Shown: positions 23,501 through 37,985, counted from the stretch's first letter. The stretch is 64,000 nt of DNA from Phoronis australis (GCA_002633005.1 NMRA01000455.1:276595-340594); one strand, 5' to 3'. The notes: a model not told the origin generated them from the sequence alone. Numbers and translations are program-made.

Positions 23501-26500
23501 AATGTTTACACAGCGTAAGAGCGTGACAGCCATAAAATAATAAAACACAAATCAATCATGATTGGCATATAACAAGATTCAAGCCTCACCTCCACGAAGA
23601 CGAATTCGCACGAGATGCTGGTACAGCAAACGGTTGAATTCGGCGAGTGCGTCATACCATGGCTGGACCACCGATATTGGCATGTTTAACGTGTAGTCTC
23701 TGACTTGTTGATTGAAGAATGTTCCCATAATTGTACCGTCACGGTCCGTGCTAAAGAAAAAGTAAAAGTTTTGATTCATTTTTTTGTTAGTAGATGTGAC
23801 GTGGTGTTAAACGGTGGCTCAATTCACATAGTAGGCCTATCGGAGCTGGCGTGAGTGTATAAGCACGAGAAGTGTTCATGGAACTCGGTACCATGACGCA
23901 CTGGTTCCTCGGTAGAATGCCAATGATAACGTTGAACAATTGGAGGATCTACAACTTAGGAACTGGCAAAAGAAGTGGAAGCGTGGCATTCGTATCACAA
24001 AGAGTATCTCGTAGGAAGGAAAAGTTTATTCCAAACATGCTGTTTTATACGTCTTATTTGTCCCCATTCGCTATTACAGATTTGTGTACTAGTCTGTAAA
24101 ATAGCAACAACAAATGCCATGGTAAGATTTAATACCTCGCTATAACAGCTCCTCTCCGGGTGGATATTGGGTTCAATTTCAAACGTCGGAGAAGCCATGA
24201 AATCAAAAAGTACAATTATGACGTCATGCACGTCTAATGTCTAATCTAAACAGTTACGACTTCATGTCACTCAGTATCTCTTGCGTCACTACACTTGTTA
24301 GTGCCTTCGTGAAATTCAAAAACATTTATTGAAGTCCATATTTGCTTATTTATCACAGTGAAAATAACCCTTTAGTGTCACCGCTACTGAGCTTGGCAGT
24401 CTTTGTTTTAACCCATCCATTCCTAACACCACTTATCAAAAATTCAAAAGACAAACTGAAATGGAGATAATTCTTACTCTATAATTGGGCGCCTGTAATG
24501 GAGATGGAAGTCATACTCTGCTCTTCCGACGTCATAGTAATCAACGGGAACGGAGGCTAGCAGACTATAAGCATCCGGGTCCTTTTGCTTTAACAATTTC
24601 GCTGCGTAGATGCCGTCTGCGAACTCATTACCGCCACCCTCGCCAGCACACTGCTTTATACAGTGAAGCACTTGGACATTAGGAGAGTACTTGTAGAACG
24701 GTAGATCCACGTGTAAGCCTAGTTTTCTGTCTGTGTAAGCGACATTGTTTGGATTGGCAACTGTGACAACGTCGAATGTCGTCCTGAAATGTACGATTTT
24801 ATGGAAAGTTAAACATAGTGACTATTTTTGGAATTGGCCACGAACTTTAAAATGGATGTGACAAACACGAGTATCAGTATTGGATTTCGTTTCAGTTATT
24901 TTTCTGGCTAAGGTCGGAAATTAAAATGGTCACAATTCTCGCAACAACATCAACAAAAAGATTTTCTCGAAAAAGACAACCAAGAAAAATATTATTGAGT
25001 TTGTCAGAACTGATCATTTCGGTCATGGCTGAATAGCAGAGAACCCAATAACGACTGTCTGCTTACCCAAAGAAGCGGCATGGGTCTATTTTCGGGAACG
25101 TTGCAATATTAAAATTTCTCAGAATGCATTGTTTTACCTATCCACCCAGGGGCTTACAAGCAGGCCCGGGAGATTACGGTAAAATTCAGACTCACCCGTA
25201 GTTGGTTTCATGCACGTGAGAATTCACTGTTCTCTTGCTCATTTCTGCCACTGCAGTGTGCGGTGGGCAGTCTTCCACGATAACGAGGCCGCTAGTCCAT
25301 AGCTTCAACAGAAATCCAAAGAGGACTTGATCGTCAGCCATTACCTTAAAATAAAACGATTTGTGAAATAAATAATCACAAAAAACACGAATTGATGATC
25401 AAAACACAACTTTGTGTAATATTCACAAAACAGATCTCGTAAATCCCTGTAGAATGCAATTTGTTTTAACATTTTTTTCTCCATTAACTCCTAATGTTGC
25501 TAAAAACCCATTTCTACAAGAACCACTAGATTTTGGCCACGTTCCGTTATAAAACTGGTCTCAATTTACTCCTTATTTACTGATTTTTTATTTGCCAAGA
25601 ACTTGCAGTTTTTCAATGCTCACGATAATGCTCGGGACCTAAAATGACCCGCAGTGTTAAACCAGCTTCACCGAGTGAACTTGCTGCCCAGTAATAACGA
25701 AGTCCCAGTTCTTCCCGAGTCAACAAGTCACTTCAGTTCTAATGTACATATAAGCGCGGGCAGTTTGAGACCAATTTTACGACAGCAAGTTGATAGAAGG
25801 GAGAACAGTTGCAGGTTGAGGAGCGTTCAAGAATAGTTGTGTGGAGCGCAAGATCCAATTCTTAAATCTTAGGTCACCTTTCATGAGACGGACCCTGGAA
25901 ATTTTTCATTTGAAGAAGTTTTTATTGCACTGCAGGTGATTTTGTGAGAGTGGTAATAAAAACGTTTCAAAGCGTGCAAATGTGCAACCACGAACATCAC
26001 ATACTTTCTCGTTAACTCATTGACAACCCTTTCTCTCTTTTTTCCTTGCGTGCTTCTTTTTTACGCACTAAGAAACCCTTCTTCCGGATTTCTTGCCTTG
26101 AGCAACATATTTTATCGCGAACAACTCGTATTCTTAAGACAGTTTCGATATTTTATACAAAACTTACTGGTTGTGAGAATTGAACGATTTTGAAAATAGC
26201 ACTGCGGTTTTCCAGTGAAGAATATTCGAAAAAAAAAAGATAATTCCGAAACAAAATACAGCTCCTGAAACAAGATTAGTGTTCATGAGAAGAAAACATT
26301 CCTGAGCGGTTCATGTTTGACAATAAAGGGCTAGAGACAGAAGCCTCAATGCAAACAATTTATCTTGAAAAATAAAATTAATGAACCCTGATAAACGAAT
26401 TAAGAACTCGCCTCATTAATGTTCGTGCACATACATGTAAGCATAGTGACAACTGAAACATTGTCCGTAGCAACAACCGTTAACACTTGTAAACAGTGAA

Positions 26501-29500
26501 AAGGAGAAGATTTTATACACAACGACGACACTATTGAAATGATCAGTGCACAATAGAACCACACAAAGCAATAAGAAGCTACATGTATGTTGAGGTTTAT
26601 AAACCTAAGTAAAATTCACAAACTTGTGACAAGAAAAATTCGTCGGCCGAGAAATTACCAAAACATAAATCACCAAGACAGTTTTCCTTCTATACGATCA
26701 CCAGATTGCAATTTTAAGTGATGCCGCTTGGTCCGAGGAACCCTTTTCACGCAGAACGGTTCGCTGAGGACGCCACGCCATCTATCAGAAAAGAAAAAAA
26801 ATGGTCTTCAGCACTGTTGGCTGCGTTCTGTAGCGCAGCGAGATCATGCAAGTCTCCACCAGATGTCGCTTTGTATTACAATTGAAGTACGAAGTCACAC
26901 TAGCTTTACTCGTGGGCCGGTTCTTGTGTCTGTAGAACAGGCTCCAGATATTCACCGGTATGCTGCCGCAACAGTTCAAGTGGCGCTGGGTACGAGACTG
27001 GCTCCCGATGGGTAGCCAAGCCTGCTAGGAAGAGTTGCCAGGTGAACCCCCATGTAAACAAAGTATTTGTCACTAAAAATCAAGATTTGTTGCGTCCATG
27101 TATTCGTGATGGCAATAAAGTGCCTATAGTGGTTACGCGGGCGCCAACTGTTTGGTCGGTGCCCTGACGAGGGTGCTCCCCAAATTACCTCTGGTCTATG
27201 AAAACAATTAACGGAAATACACGTATCTCTAAGTTACGCACATTTCGCAAACAATTCTTCGCAGGACATCACTTTTGAAATGAAGTCACTGGAGCAGACG
27301 AAACACAGGCTGTTCTAAGGGGACGACGGCGGTGTTCCTGTTTGGGAGTGCTTTTAAAGAAATCACTTAAAAATGATTTCTGTTTTGATTGATGAAATAA
27401 ATAACCTAGACAACATATCAAGAAACAATTCGATATGAATAATATGAACACGGCCCCAGAAATCTCATTGCATAATATCCAGGTTCTCATTCACTCCCTT
27501 GCATACAGTCACTAGTAAGACCGCGCTCAGAGGAGTAGGAGACAAGGACAGTGCTCGACTGTCTCCCAGTAAAGCTAGGATTTGAACCCGGATCTTCCTA
27601 ACGGGAGTCCGGAGCTCAAACCACTGAGCCACTATGTATCTGGTATAATTTTCTATGAATCATTTCTCGATTACAAGTACACAATCAGAACTACTGTTGT
27701 CTACCTTTCAGTTTTCTGTCATAAAAATGAAAATCATTTAATGGCAACTCTCCACTGTCGTATAAAAACATGGCTGACAACGGTCGTTAGAGATAAGTAA
27801 CTCGCAAAGGTTAAGAATATTGGATTGAACATAATCGTATACATTGTAAAGGTCAATGAACATTAAAAAGGCCAAGGTTTAAGTCCAAGTTTTAAAACAA
27901 TCGGAAGCACCGTGACTCAGACAATCTACTGAAAGCTCATGGGTACTCCATGTAGGCGCCTTTTGGACGCGACCAAAATCGCAATTTTCGGGACTTGCCC
28001 TGAAAATTTCTCTCAAAGACTATGGTTGTGCTCCCTCTTACCACTTCCTACACCCGCATCTCTCTGCATGAAAGGTCTAAATGGGAAGAGTAGAAACTCA
28101 CCCCGGGAACCTAGCTAGACATTCTGTAGCGCTACCTGTTGGCGGAGATGGTAGATCAATATGCAGATGTTCGAGTTTACCACATCCAAGTTGCTATTTT
28201 CTCATAGAGACAAAAATATACATAATCCAGGACGCAGGGTGGAATTGACGAAACTGGTGAGTGTGGTGACCGGGAGTATAATAGTGAAACAATTTAAACT
28301 TCTTGCCACCCTGGTGTTTCCGATTGGTCTAATGCCAAAATGCGTTTGTTAATGGTCATGCAACAGTATACTGCATATACCCTTAGACATGATTGTACCA
28401 GGCAACTGAAATGCCACTCTTCAAAAGCTCTATCTGTTATCCAGGTTCTGTACCCACATGCGGTACCTAAAGAAACTCTTCATTTTACCCTCACCAATTT
28501 AGAACACGTGATAAGTTTAATCACTGAGTCGAAAAGACAACTCTAAACTTTCACAATCTCCCGCCCCCACTGATTGCGCCTGCCTATTTTATCATTGTAT
28601 TTGGAGAAAGTGGGCGGGACGTCCGCGGAAACCTAGTTAGAGTTGAATGAGTACTCTTAATGCAGGGGACAGCTGTAACACACTACCGTGGCCATTTTTT
28701 GTGGTAGTGCACCACCATGAATGAAAATTAAGTCAAGAACTCGTATTGAATTCAGTTCAGTTTGAAAACATTTGGAGTGGTATTGAATGAGTATTATAGT
28801 AGCAAGGGTTCTATCGAACTAACTTGTATTAAAATCCGTTGATGAAGGTAAGCGGAAAAAGTATCTTTAACATGGAATAAGCACAACTTTTTATCTTGTA
28901 ATAATGGGCAAAAAAGGAAATGCAAAATGACAACTTCAGCTTTTGAAGTTGAGTGGATTTCTTTTCCCCTGATTTCCCTGCACGTAAATGTTTTAATCTC
29001 GATTAAAACGTTTTTTCCGAACTTTTTAGCGCATTCCGATTTCCACGGCAAATTGTTGTTTGTCAGTTCTAATAGCTGCACTAAAGACCAGCGCCGACTC
29101 ACAGTTTCGAGCGGATAAAAGTCAGAGTCCCACTGCAGGTCAAGCCGGTTGCTCACCTTTCGAGTAACAGGGTCTCAGATAGTGTGTCTACATGTACCAT
29201 TGTGAAGAGAGTTCAGTGCCTGAGCGAATGTCTGGAGATAACGTTATATATTTGTGGGATCTCATTTTTTACAGGTGCGAGTCAATAGTTGCTGCGCAAT
29301 TCGACTGAGATCTGTATGACACTAAGGTCTGCGCTTTCAATCTACGGACTTCCAACCCTGTTTGGATTCAGGGTTTGTTTTCTAAGCGGTTCCTAAGTGT
29401 ATTTTGCCGTACAGTTAGATGGCTGGCTACACCCAACGTCGCTTTTTATCTTCATCAACCTCACTGTAACAAGGAAGCGTAGCTTCACTGCATGCACAAG

Positions 29501-32500
29501 AATTAAAAGATACACCACAGCAAGTGATGACGATTTGTTTGTGTCCCGTGTACAGTATGTCCAACCCAAGCGACGACCGCAGTGGAGACTGAGATATCGA
29601 CTCTCATTCGTTGTCATATATCATTGTATTCGTAACATCAGTTTTTTATTTATGTATTTGTATATAATCATTGTATATAGACTTCTTTGTATTTTTTACC
29701 CAGATCTAATGCCTCTTGGCGCTTTCTGGGTTATGTATATTCATTGTATTCTGAAGATTTCGTAATAAACATTAACAAAAACTCTGAGCACACCGCTGTT
29801 TGTGAGAACGGAGTCGGCTAGACCACCGGTCAACGACCTTTGGCTGGTTAGCCGGGACTTGTTTGACAAAGATTTGTGGACTGTGCTTTTTATAAAAATT
29901 CACTTAATCCTTACTTTTTGATCAGGAATAGCCTTCATTCAATGGGTTTGGAAACATCACTGGCACTTAAATACAATTCGTAACTGTTCGCTTCCTGACT
30001 GGGCAATCCTAATGGTTGACGTTTGTCCAAACCTTTGAATTCTTAAAGATGTATTTGCATACTCCTAACTATGGTAATGTATATCAAGAACTAAACGACA
30101 ATGCTATTTGAACGTCGTCTACGTTAAACAAAGTGCAGTTGTATTCATCGACAACTTGTAAATGTGAAAATAAAAGTTCTGCAAATACAGTAGGTGACCT
30201 CTGCGGCACTAATGACGTACCTTAGGGGCTCACATTGCCCGCACCGTGCAGTGTTATTCCCCAGCACCACGTCCCGATACTTACTAGACATGTTTGAGTT
30301 ATTTACGGCGGATCATTTTCGTCGGTCACAAACTCGTTCTTAAAAACATTTGGAAATTTTCAACCTACTTCGTATTCACGTCGTCGCTATATGTTGTGTT
30401 TCTAACAAATTTGACCAAGCAATCACAGAGATAAGGAATTAGCATGCAAGTTGCACTTGAAGGCACCCCGGCACTATACTCAAGAGATCCATGGGATCCA
30501 CTATACTACCGCAAGTATACTGGCTGATCCTATGCATTCATTTGATGGTAATTCCATTCGGCTACTAAAATTAAGTACGCGCACCGACATTGGCACTCGT
30601 AGCCTAACATCCTTATCCTACGCTGAATGTTCGTTTCTACGTGTAGATTAACCAAGTATATACATATCGAATAAGTACGTTTTACGCTGAGAATGTCACT
30701 CGTTTAAGAACCCTTTGACGTGTCAAAGATTTACTGTCCAGCTAGCCATCGGATGGTGTGAATAATCAAAGTACAACGACTAACTACGGTGGCATCAGAA
30801 GCGTTCTCAGCATCAGAATGCTGTTAACTCCATGTTTGAACAAGAAGAAAATTCCTCTTACACCAAACATATGTACATGTGTTTTTGTGTACAGGAAAAG
30901 TGTAATTTCTTATGTTTGCTTACTAATGAATACTATCAATTGTTTTGTTTTAATTGATACGGGGTCAATCAATTTTGTTCATGGCGTAATACAAAAATGT
31001 GTGATGAAACCCAGACAGAGTCCATATTACCGTAATACTTGACCGAGCGTCGTAAAAACTATTACACATCAGATACTCAGTGAGAGATAAGACCTCAGAA
31101 AAAGTAAACGTCTCTCCCAGGGATTATCGACAGGGCTGCGTTCCGTAAACCCAGGTCACTCTCGTGTAATACAAATTCCTATGGAATACATTCCAGTTTC
31201 CATCTTTCTAAAAATTATAATAGGGTTACATTAGACAAAATAGATACAGGGTGTTACCTTTCTGGCTGAATAAGAATCAAACAGGAACACGTTCAGGCAA
31301 AAAAAAACAAAAACAAGCAGACCGTCTCGAAAATTCGTCGAGCAAAAATTTGGTTGCAGGCAAAACTTTTGTAATTGCAAATAATTCACGTATTACGTGC
31401 AAAGGTGCAGAGTAGTATCTCTGTACTTTGTTTGCCCGAGTTTTCCTAAAGTTTGATCATGCAGTTACGAGTACAGGTGCAAGAGTGGCATCCATAGACA
31501 ATTTAACATGCACGTTTTTGCTTTGGGCTAATCTAATCGTGCATGTATGTACACGCATTACAACTCTTATTTACTGTACATGCTCATATTTGCGCCTATG
31601 CGTCTTTTTCAGAAAAAGACTAAAGCCCATCTACGGTTCTCTTTGCTATTTTAGCTCATATATGTCGTTGCTAAGAACGTACTGGTCGCGTTGGTCATGA
31701 CATTCAAAAGGCCTATGGCCTAACCAGCACAAGACCTGGACTCCTTTACAGTAATGACGAGTGATCAGTTATCAGCAAAAATTTAAAAAATGTTGTCTCG
31801 AGCTTCGTAGAAGTTATCGAAAATCGCGAGTGAAATCCAAAGACTTGACTGTGAATAGACTTAGTGAGCCTGCTTCGAAATTTCGCCGACTTTCGACGAG
31901 AAATGACCAGGTCGAAAGACGGGTTTTAGCAGCTTTGAAACATAAAACGGGAACGACAAAATAGTTCACACACCCTATCCATCACCACTGAACCGCGACA
32001 GTCTCACAAAAATGTCAGCTTTACCTGATCGTAGCTAAACTTTGGGATAGTATAATCTGCTCCCCATTCTTCTTGGGGTGGGCTGAATTCGTTCAACCTT
32101 GACTGCTGTTCTTTTGGGTCAAAACTTTTGGTCTTCAACCAGTCGACCGAAAACTCACTCTGATGTCCATCCGCCCATTCACACTTCAGTACTTTTCCAT
32201 CATCACTTGCCTAAAAGTACAGCAAAAATAATCAACGTGATGAGTCTTACTTGCAAAAAGTTGAAAAGAATACACGATTATGAGGTTGCTCCTGGAGTGT
32301 TGAAAATCGAGAGCGACTAGGTCACTACAGGGGAGACTATCCTCTGATTTTAGCTGGACGGTCCTCAAAACGAAAATATGACAGCTTAAAAGTCACCAGG
32401 ACATTTTACTGCATAATTTTAATAGCTGTTTTTGGACTGGAATTGAACTCTACCTCACCTTTTTAGAGAAAAAAACTACAACAGCGTAGAGCCCTCTGAC

Positions 32501-33117
32501 CCGGTGTACTGAACATGTGAAGGTTGAAGAAAATTTGCAATGAGAGTTTATCACAACAAAAGTCCACAAAAAGTATTTTAGCATGGACGGGTTTCTACTT
32601 ATGGCGTCGACTGGCCTTTTCATTGCAACCATTTCAAAAGTATTAAACATAGAACGTATCGAGATCTCTGAATGTATCACGTGATTACCAAAATTGATGA
32701 CTACCAACTGGTCAGACAAAATTCTGCTTGTTTATATAGTGTAACTACATGTGTATAATATGTGGTTACCTTAACCGAACTTAAGTCTACATTCGTGTCC
32801 AAATCTCCAGCCAGAAGAACCCTGCTTTTCGCGCTCGAGTTGTGACATTCGCTGCACAAACAACTGTCCCGCAGCCAAACAATCGGGTACATTTGAAGGC
32901 GGCCATCTTGCATTTTCACATTGACAAGTCTGCTCCTTCCATCGTTGTGGACTTCCGAGATGAATTCTTGCCAAGCCCAGTTGCTTGTCGAAAATCTTCT
33001 TTGATGGAAACATGCGTTTGTTGAGAGTTTTGTTACGTGCTTTAAAGAGGAATTACTGGTCGTCAACTTGGAAAGTTTAGCCAATCGAGGCAAAAATCTT
33101 AGTGCCATTGGTTTCAT
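20382..33117 (-). CDS. BBOX1: Gamma-butyrobetaine dioxygenase-like, copy B, 434 aa; exons 33117-32770, 32210-32025, 25344-25196, 24783-24478, 23750-23590, 20536-20382
   Basis: Six GT-AG exons total 1305 nt and splice in frame. Zn site C-x-C-x2-C...H; HVD; NNCRVLHGR with distal His and Arg; second 2OG-binding Arg in GRQLMGVY. Confidence 0.95.
23590..23750 (-). CDS. BBOX1: BBOX-like copy B coding exon 5
   Basis: TDRDGTIMGTFFNQQVRDY...RLRG G|GTGAG; 161 nt. Confidence 0.92.
24478..24783 (-). CDS. BBOX1: BBOX-like copy B coding exon 4
   Basis: TFDVVTVANPNNVAYTDRKLGLHVDLPFY...RRPII|GTAAG; 306 nt. Confidence 0.93.
25196..25344 (-). CDS. BBOX1: BBOX-like copy B coding exon 3
   Basis: AAG|VMADDQVLFGFLLKLWTSG...HETNYG|GTGAG; 149 nt. 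Confidence 0.9.
27574..27634 (-). mobile_element. tRNA-derived SINE head
   Basis: Minus strand TGGCTCAGTGG (A box) and GGTTCAAATCC (B box), without a closing acceptor stem. Confidence 0.65.
30040..30160. repeat. Dispersed repeat; inverted copy at about 39850-39950
   Basis: CTAAACGACAATGCTATTT and AAACAAAGTGCAGTTGTATTCAT occur as reverse complements at 39.9 kb. Confidence 0.7.
32025..32210 (-). CDS. BBOX1: BBOX-like copy B coding exon 2
   Basis: ASDDGKVLKCEWADGHQSEF...YDQ|GTAAA; 186 nt. Confidence 0.92.
32770..33117 (-). CDS. BBOX1: BBOX-like copy B coding exon 1
   Basis: MKPMALRFLPRL...WLRDSCLCSECH...SSVK|GTAAC; 348 nt. Confidence 0.9.
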
Positions 33118-33759
33118 TCCTCTCGTGTCCTATTAGTCAGTCAACTGGAATTTCAAAAGATAGCAATCACAAGATCCATTATAAAACACCACAGCGTTGG
33201 AGTGTAGCCTTTTTACTCCAAGCTGTATCTAGTCAAACCTATTTTCACGTAGTTACAATATACAACTATTTTCAGACGAAAAAGCGTGACATCAGTATCT
33301 TGCAATATCGTCCACCAAAAGCAATACCAAAAAACAACTGTACTTTGGATAAATAGGCTTCATTTCTGCTGCTTCCTCTACTTGCAAATTGAACCGATAA
33401 CGGTGATTTTTGCCAGCATTTTCTGCGCTGGGGTTTCCCAGGCAACTGTTGCACTGATTCATCACTCGCTTAGGGCAACCGATCTTTAGGAAGTCTGTTT
33501 CAACAAAATGCCTATTTGTTATTATTAATTGCGCAACTACTTTCTTGAGTTACTCAAATGCTTTGGAATAAAATTTAATAATCAAGAGTTTCTAGTGTCT
33601 CTAAAAGTTTTCAATCTCCCTTTATCAGGGCTCCTTGCTTAAGTATTTATAGTGGACTCGCGAAGCGCCGTCGGTTTCCATGACATTTTGTTTGGCACTT
33701 CTTGGTGAACCGATTTGAGGTCCAGCTGGCCACGCCACCTGGTGGATCTCCAACACACA

Positions 33760-33880
33760 CTTTTCAGAATACCGCAACGCCCTCTCCGATTCTGCAACAT
33801 ATACACACTACTACGCTGCGAGTCTGCAGAGCACCTGTACCTCAATTCTACACTGCTGTCATGCACGTCGCCCCGTATTT
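33760..33880 (-). mobile_element. Possible GIY-YIG (Penelope-like) relic
   Basis: Frameshifted ..C....SVY / VYVAESERAL resembles the Y-V-G-E-T-x-R-x-L motif. Confidence 0.3.
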
Positions 33881-35501
33881 GTTTGTCATTCCTCATTCTG
33901 ATGCCAATGCAATTTTACTGTTCCATATTTTGAGATATAAAATAGGTAAGCGGGATTGAGATGCCGTAGAGTTGGAACACGTCAGGACGTCGCTACCATG
34001 CAGATAACCAGTCAGAACACTGCATTAGTAAACAGCCGTGAATATCGTGTCTCTCAAGTACATAAGCATGTATCATACGACAACTCAGAACAAGATTTTA
34101 GTTATCCTTAAGCACCAAGTTTATTTTTTATTTATACCACTTTCCCGTATAAAATTAGTTTCAAACTGTTCTTATGTCAAGTCAGAAAAGATGTCTACGA
34201 CTACGTTCAGGAAGAAATAAAAGCCCCTTGTCCTACAACATTATCCGGTCTCCACAAGGTGGCGCGTTACCTGTCGTTTCGTGAACCGATCGCGGCTTCA
34301 ACTGGGCAATAACGAAACGTCAGTTTTCCCAGGCCCAGAAACCATTTCTCACCTGAGTTAGTAAACAGTAACATAAAATCTAATTTTATGGCTTTACGTA
34401 GATAGTTAGTTTCTTTCATTGATGGATCATAGCCATGACTTAAAACTTGCGCTTACAAATTACCCACACTCACACCGATCCTCTGCAGACAGTGCATTAC
34501 CATACCCTCTGTGTTCCCATGACAACAAACTTGCCTAATATGGTGGAATTAATTACAAGCACGCTACTTTGTAACAAAGGATTACACGCTCAAGTAACTC
34601 GGGCATGTCTTCATGAATAGGCTTCAGTTGATTTGCTGCTTGGGTTAGGGAAAGCACCTCACCTAGCCTAGTCTTGGTGTAGCAAGGTCTGTAAACTATT
34701 CTCATGGTATGCACGCTATAAAAATGTCAAAGGAACCCATGTTTAGTAATTGGGTGTATTTTCAACCACTTTGTGTCAGAGTTGCAGTTAAAAAATCTAC
34801 ACTTAAGCATTTCTAAACAGGTTTCCATGAAGTACTATAAAAATGTTTACAGAAGGCAGGAGCGCTCTTTTTTAACATGAACGATAATGCCTAAGGGTTT
34901 TACTAGCCAGCCACAATGGTTACGCACAGATACGAATAACTGACTGGTCTCCGATGACCTTCCAAGTGGGCGAATTGAAGAGTCCTTTATCTAAAAGGTT
35001 TCGACAAAACAGGGATTTTGTCACATTTCAGTCACAGTTCGCGGACTTCGAAAAAATCATGAGACTGAAAAATGTGCTCGGAAGCTAACTATCCAATTAA
35101 AATGGCGCTAACTGAAATGAAATTCCATCATGTTATTGATACCGTTGTTTTGCTATCCATGTACCTTTCTTTTTGTTGAAAATATATGATCACGTGACGC
35201 AAGTGGTATTACCTTGGTAAAAAGTCCAAAATCAGAGTCTACATAAAAACTTGCATTTTGATACAACAGAAAGAATTGCTACCTGAAACGCAGCGTCGTC
35301 AAACCAACAAATTATCTTCGCCAGTTACGTTGAACGATGTTTTCCTATCTAACTGTGTGGTTACTTATCCCCGACTACAGTATCACTGACAAGTAAGTGT
35401 TCCTAAATTACACTATCAGTTTGATGATACCCACAGATTGAAGCGTTTTTGTACCAGTATCAAGATCCGGGGGTTAGTCGTGCCGGGTCTGACATTAGTT
35501 A

Positions 35502-35940
35502 CCGGGGGTTTCAGTAGATAACCCGAATCGATGAAACGCTCATGGGTGTTTATTCGGAAAATTAAGCTGAATACACGCCCATGGGCGTTTATTTGGTGTT
35601 ACATCTTGTGGTGTCAAGTGTCCAGACAGCGGGACGTTTAGTTGGAAATTTTCCTCTTAAAAGCCCACTCAGCGTCAACTTTTTGTCACAAATTCAATTC
35701 TGTGGAGCATTGATCATTTATAAAAATGAACAAGGCGTTGGCGAACTATGCATTTATTAACACAAAATTTAAAAACTACGTTTTAAGTAAAAGAATGTCA
35801 AGTCAACAAAACTATGAATTTCCGTTTAAACGCACCCTTTTCCGAATACACGCCCGGGCGTTTATTTGGCTTGGCTAAAACACCTGAAAATTTTCATTTT
35901 CCGAATACACGCCCATGGGCTTATCTACGGAAATTACCGG
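35502..35940. mobile_element. Tc1/mariner-type MITE (TA TSD), copy 1
   Basis: TA-CCGG..GTAGATAA / TTATCTACGG..CCGG-TA; internal ACGCCCATGGGCGT palindromes; closely similar to 56770-57206. Confidence 0.8.
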
Positions 35941-37985
35941 TATCCCGCGAGACCCCGCCGTCCTATTAACGCCGAGTTGACCTGGGTAAATAGAGCAAAA
36001 GGAAACACCTACACGCGATCCAAAGTTTCGAGAAAAGTCCTACAATATTAATGCCATTTTGTGGAGATAAGGGCAGTCTGATTTCGCTGGAGACTAAGTT
36101 AAGTGGAATCTCCAATGCGCCACAGGTCCTTGCAAAACTAGATCAAGTAGCCCTCTTGACCTGTACCCGGATTAATCTAGCTGAATGTGGATTCGTCGAC
36201 TACACTTTAAACATGAACTGTGCTTTAACACTGCCACAAAGTTACACATTCGGGGGCAGTCGAGTTTATTTTAGAGAGGATGTACGACTGAAGATTTAAG
36301 ATACCATTCGTCGATAGTCTTAATTTTAAGCATGTACATGTATTCTGACGTCTCGTGAAGTTCCTTTCTATTTCACACCGACAACCGACTACCGTAGACA
36401 ACATTCAGAAATGTGACCACAATGTACATGTAAGCATTTTCAAGAAAAAACGACCTTACTAATGTAGGCCAGGTTGTGGGCCTAAAGATGGCACTTGGCT
36501 CGATATTTGCTCCGTTTAACGACACATCCGTGTATATCAGTTGACGCAAGTAGTCCCCGGAGTTATCAACTTTCAACCGGTTCTCACGTTTGGCGCGTCG
36601 GGTCAGGGCAGTTCTTTGCGGATTAACTGTTCGTTTTTGGCAGGGCACCAAGATCATTTATCAGCTCAAAATAAATCTTTGTGAGAATGCAATCGCTTCG
36701 CGAGGCAAAACTTATTCAACTTTAACCTAGGATGAAAAGCCTTTGAGAAAATTAAAGACTCAAGAGAAAATACTTAAAAGAATACTAAATTTTGTTTTAA
36801 TGATTTCAACCAGTCCATGTTCTGTTACTTCAGTGCTAATACGTCATTGAAGTTGCACTCCTATGGAAAAATCAGAATCCAACTAAAATTCATACTTCTG
36901 TGTCACAGATATGATATTATGGTTCTTGATGAGTGATCTTTCCTTACAGTTGTGTTACTCGCCTAAAGTACAGGTCACGCTTGCCCGTTTAGCACAATTT
37001 GAAAGGAGTTTTTCAAAGTTTGCTCGAACCTCTTGAAGGTTGTCCAGGATTACAGGGCATTATTTTGTTTTAGAGAACTGAATGGGAAAGTCGTTTTTGA
37101 TACCTATTTCACCCCAAAACCGGGTTTAGTATCTTTTTCATTAATTCACTCTACGTAAAAAGTTAAAGATATGTCTAGGACTCTTTAAAAGTGGTCAAAT
37201 TTGGCAAAATTCGGAACATCAAAGCTCAAAAACGGCTGATTGTATTCATATTAAACTTTTGAATACAATGCTTTGTGCACTGCTCTCAAAAACACTGATA
37301 TGAATTGCTTTGACACTGTTCCACTTTTATGATCTTCATGAAAAATCTTTACTGTTGCTAAAACGACCACCAAATAATAGTTTAGAATACAGTAACAGCG
37401 TTTTTGATATCTCACCATGAACATTTATAACAACTAAACTTGATCGTGTGATTGATAACGTTGTTTTGCTATCAATGTACCTTAGGTCAAAGAGCATAAT
37501 TTTGTGCTTTATTTGCGCTAACTGCGAAGCGATACCGAAGCAAGTTTACAGTGAACCAACACGTGAGGGTGAGATAAAAGGTCATTTATGTTATGACAAA
37601 CTAAACTACATGTACTACAGATATGGATAAAAACAAAAGTTATATCATGTGTTCAGCTTTAAAGGTGGGTGATAATCTGCCGCAGATGCAGCAGAAGAAT
37701 ATATATGCCCACCCATCTAAAAGCGACAATAGTGCCATCTGTGTTCAATCCATGGTGACAGGTTATGTAATAGATTATGCTAATCCTACAATTCTTCGCT
37801 ATGATGTAGATTCAGACTGGCTATTAAGGAGAGCCTTGCCATTAGTGATTTAAATGCTGGGGCTTCGCTGAATGGCAACCTGGGGTCGATTGAGCTCATC
37901 CTTTGGGGATAACTTTGACCTTTGCATGTGACTGGTCTACAGGGGAGTTTGGTTTAGTTGATCAAGTTACTTGTGACCCTGCTTG

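Noticed and set aside
27160-27190. CTGACGA-GGG-TGCT-CCC-CAAA as a hammerhead
   Set aside because: The essential GAAA is CAAA and there is no supporting copy.
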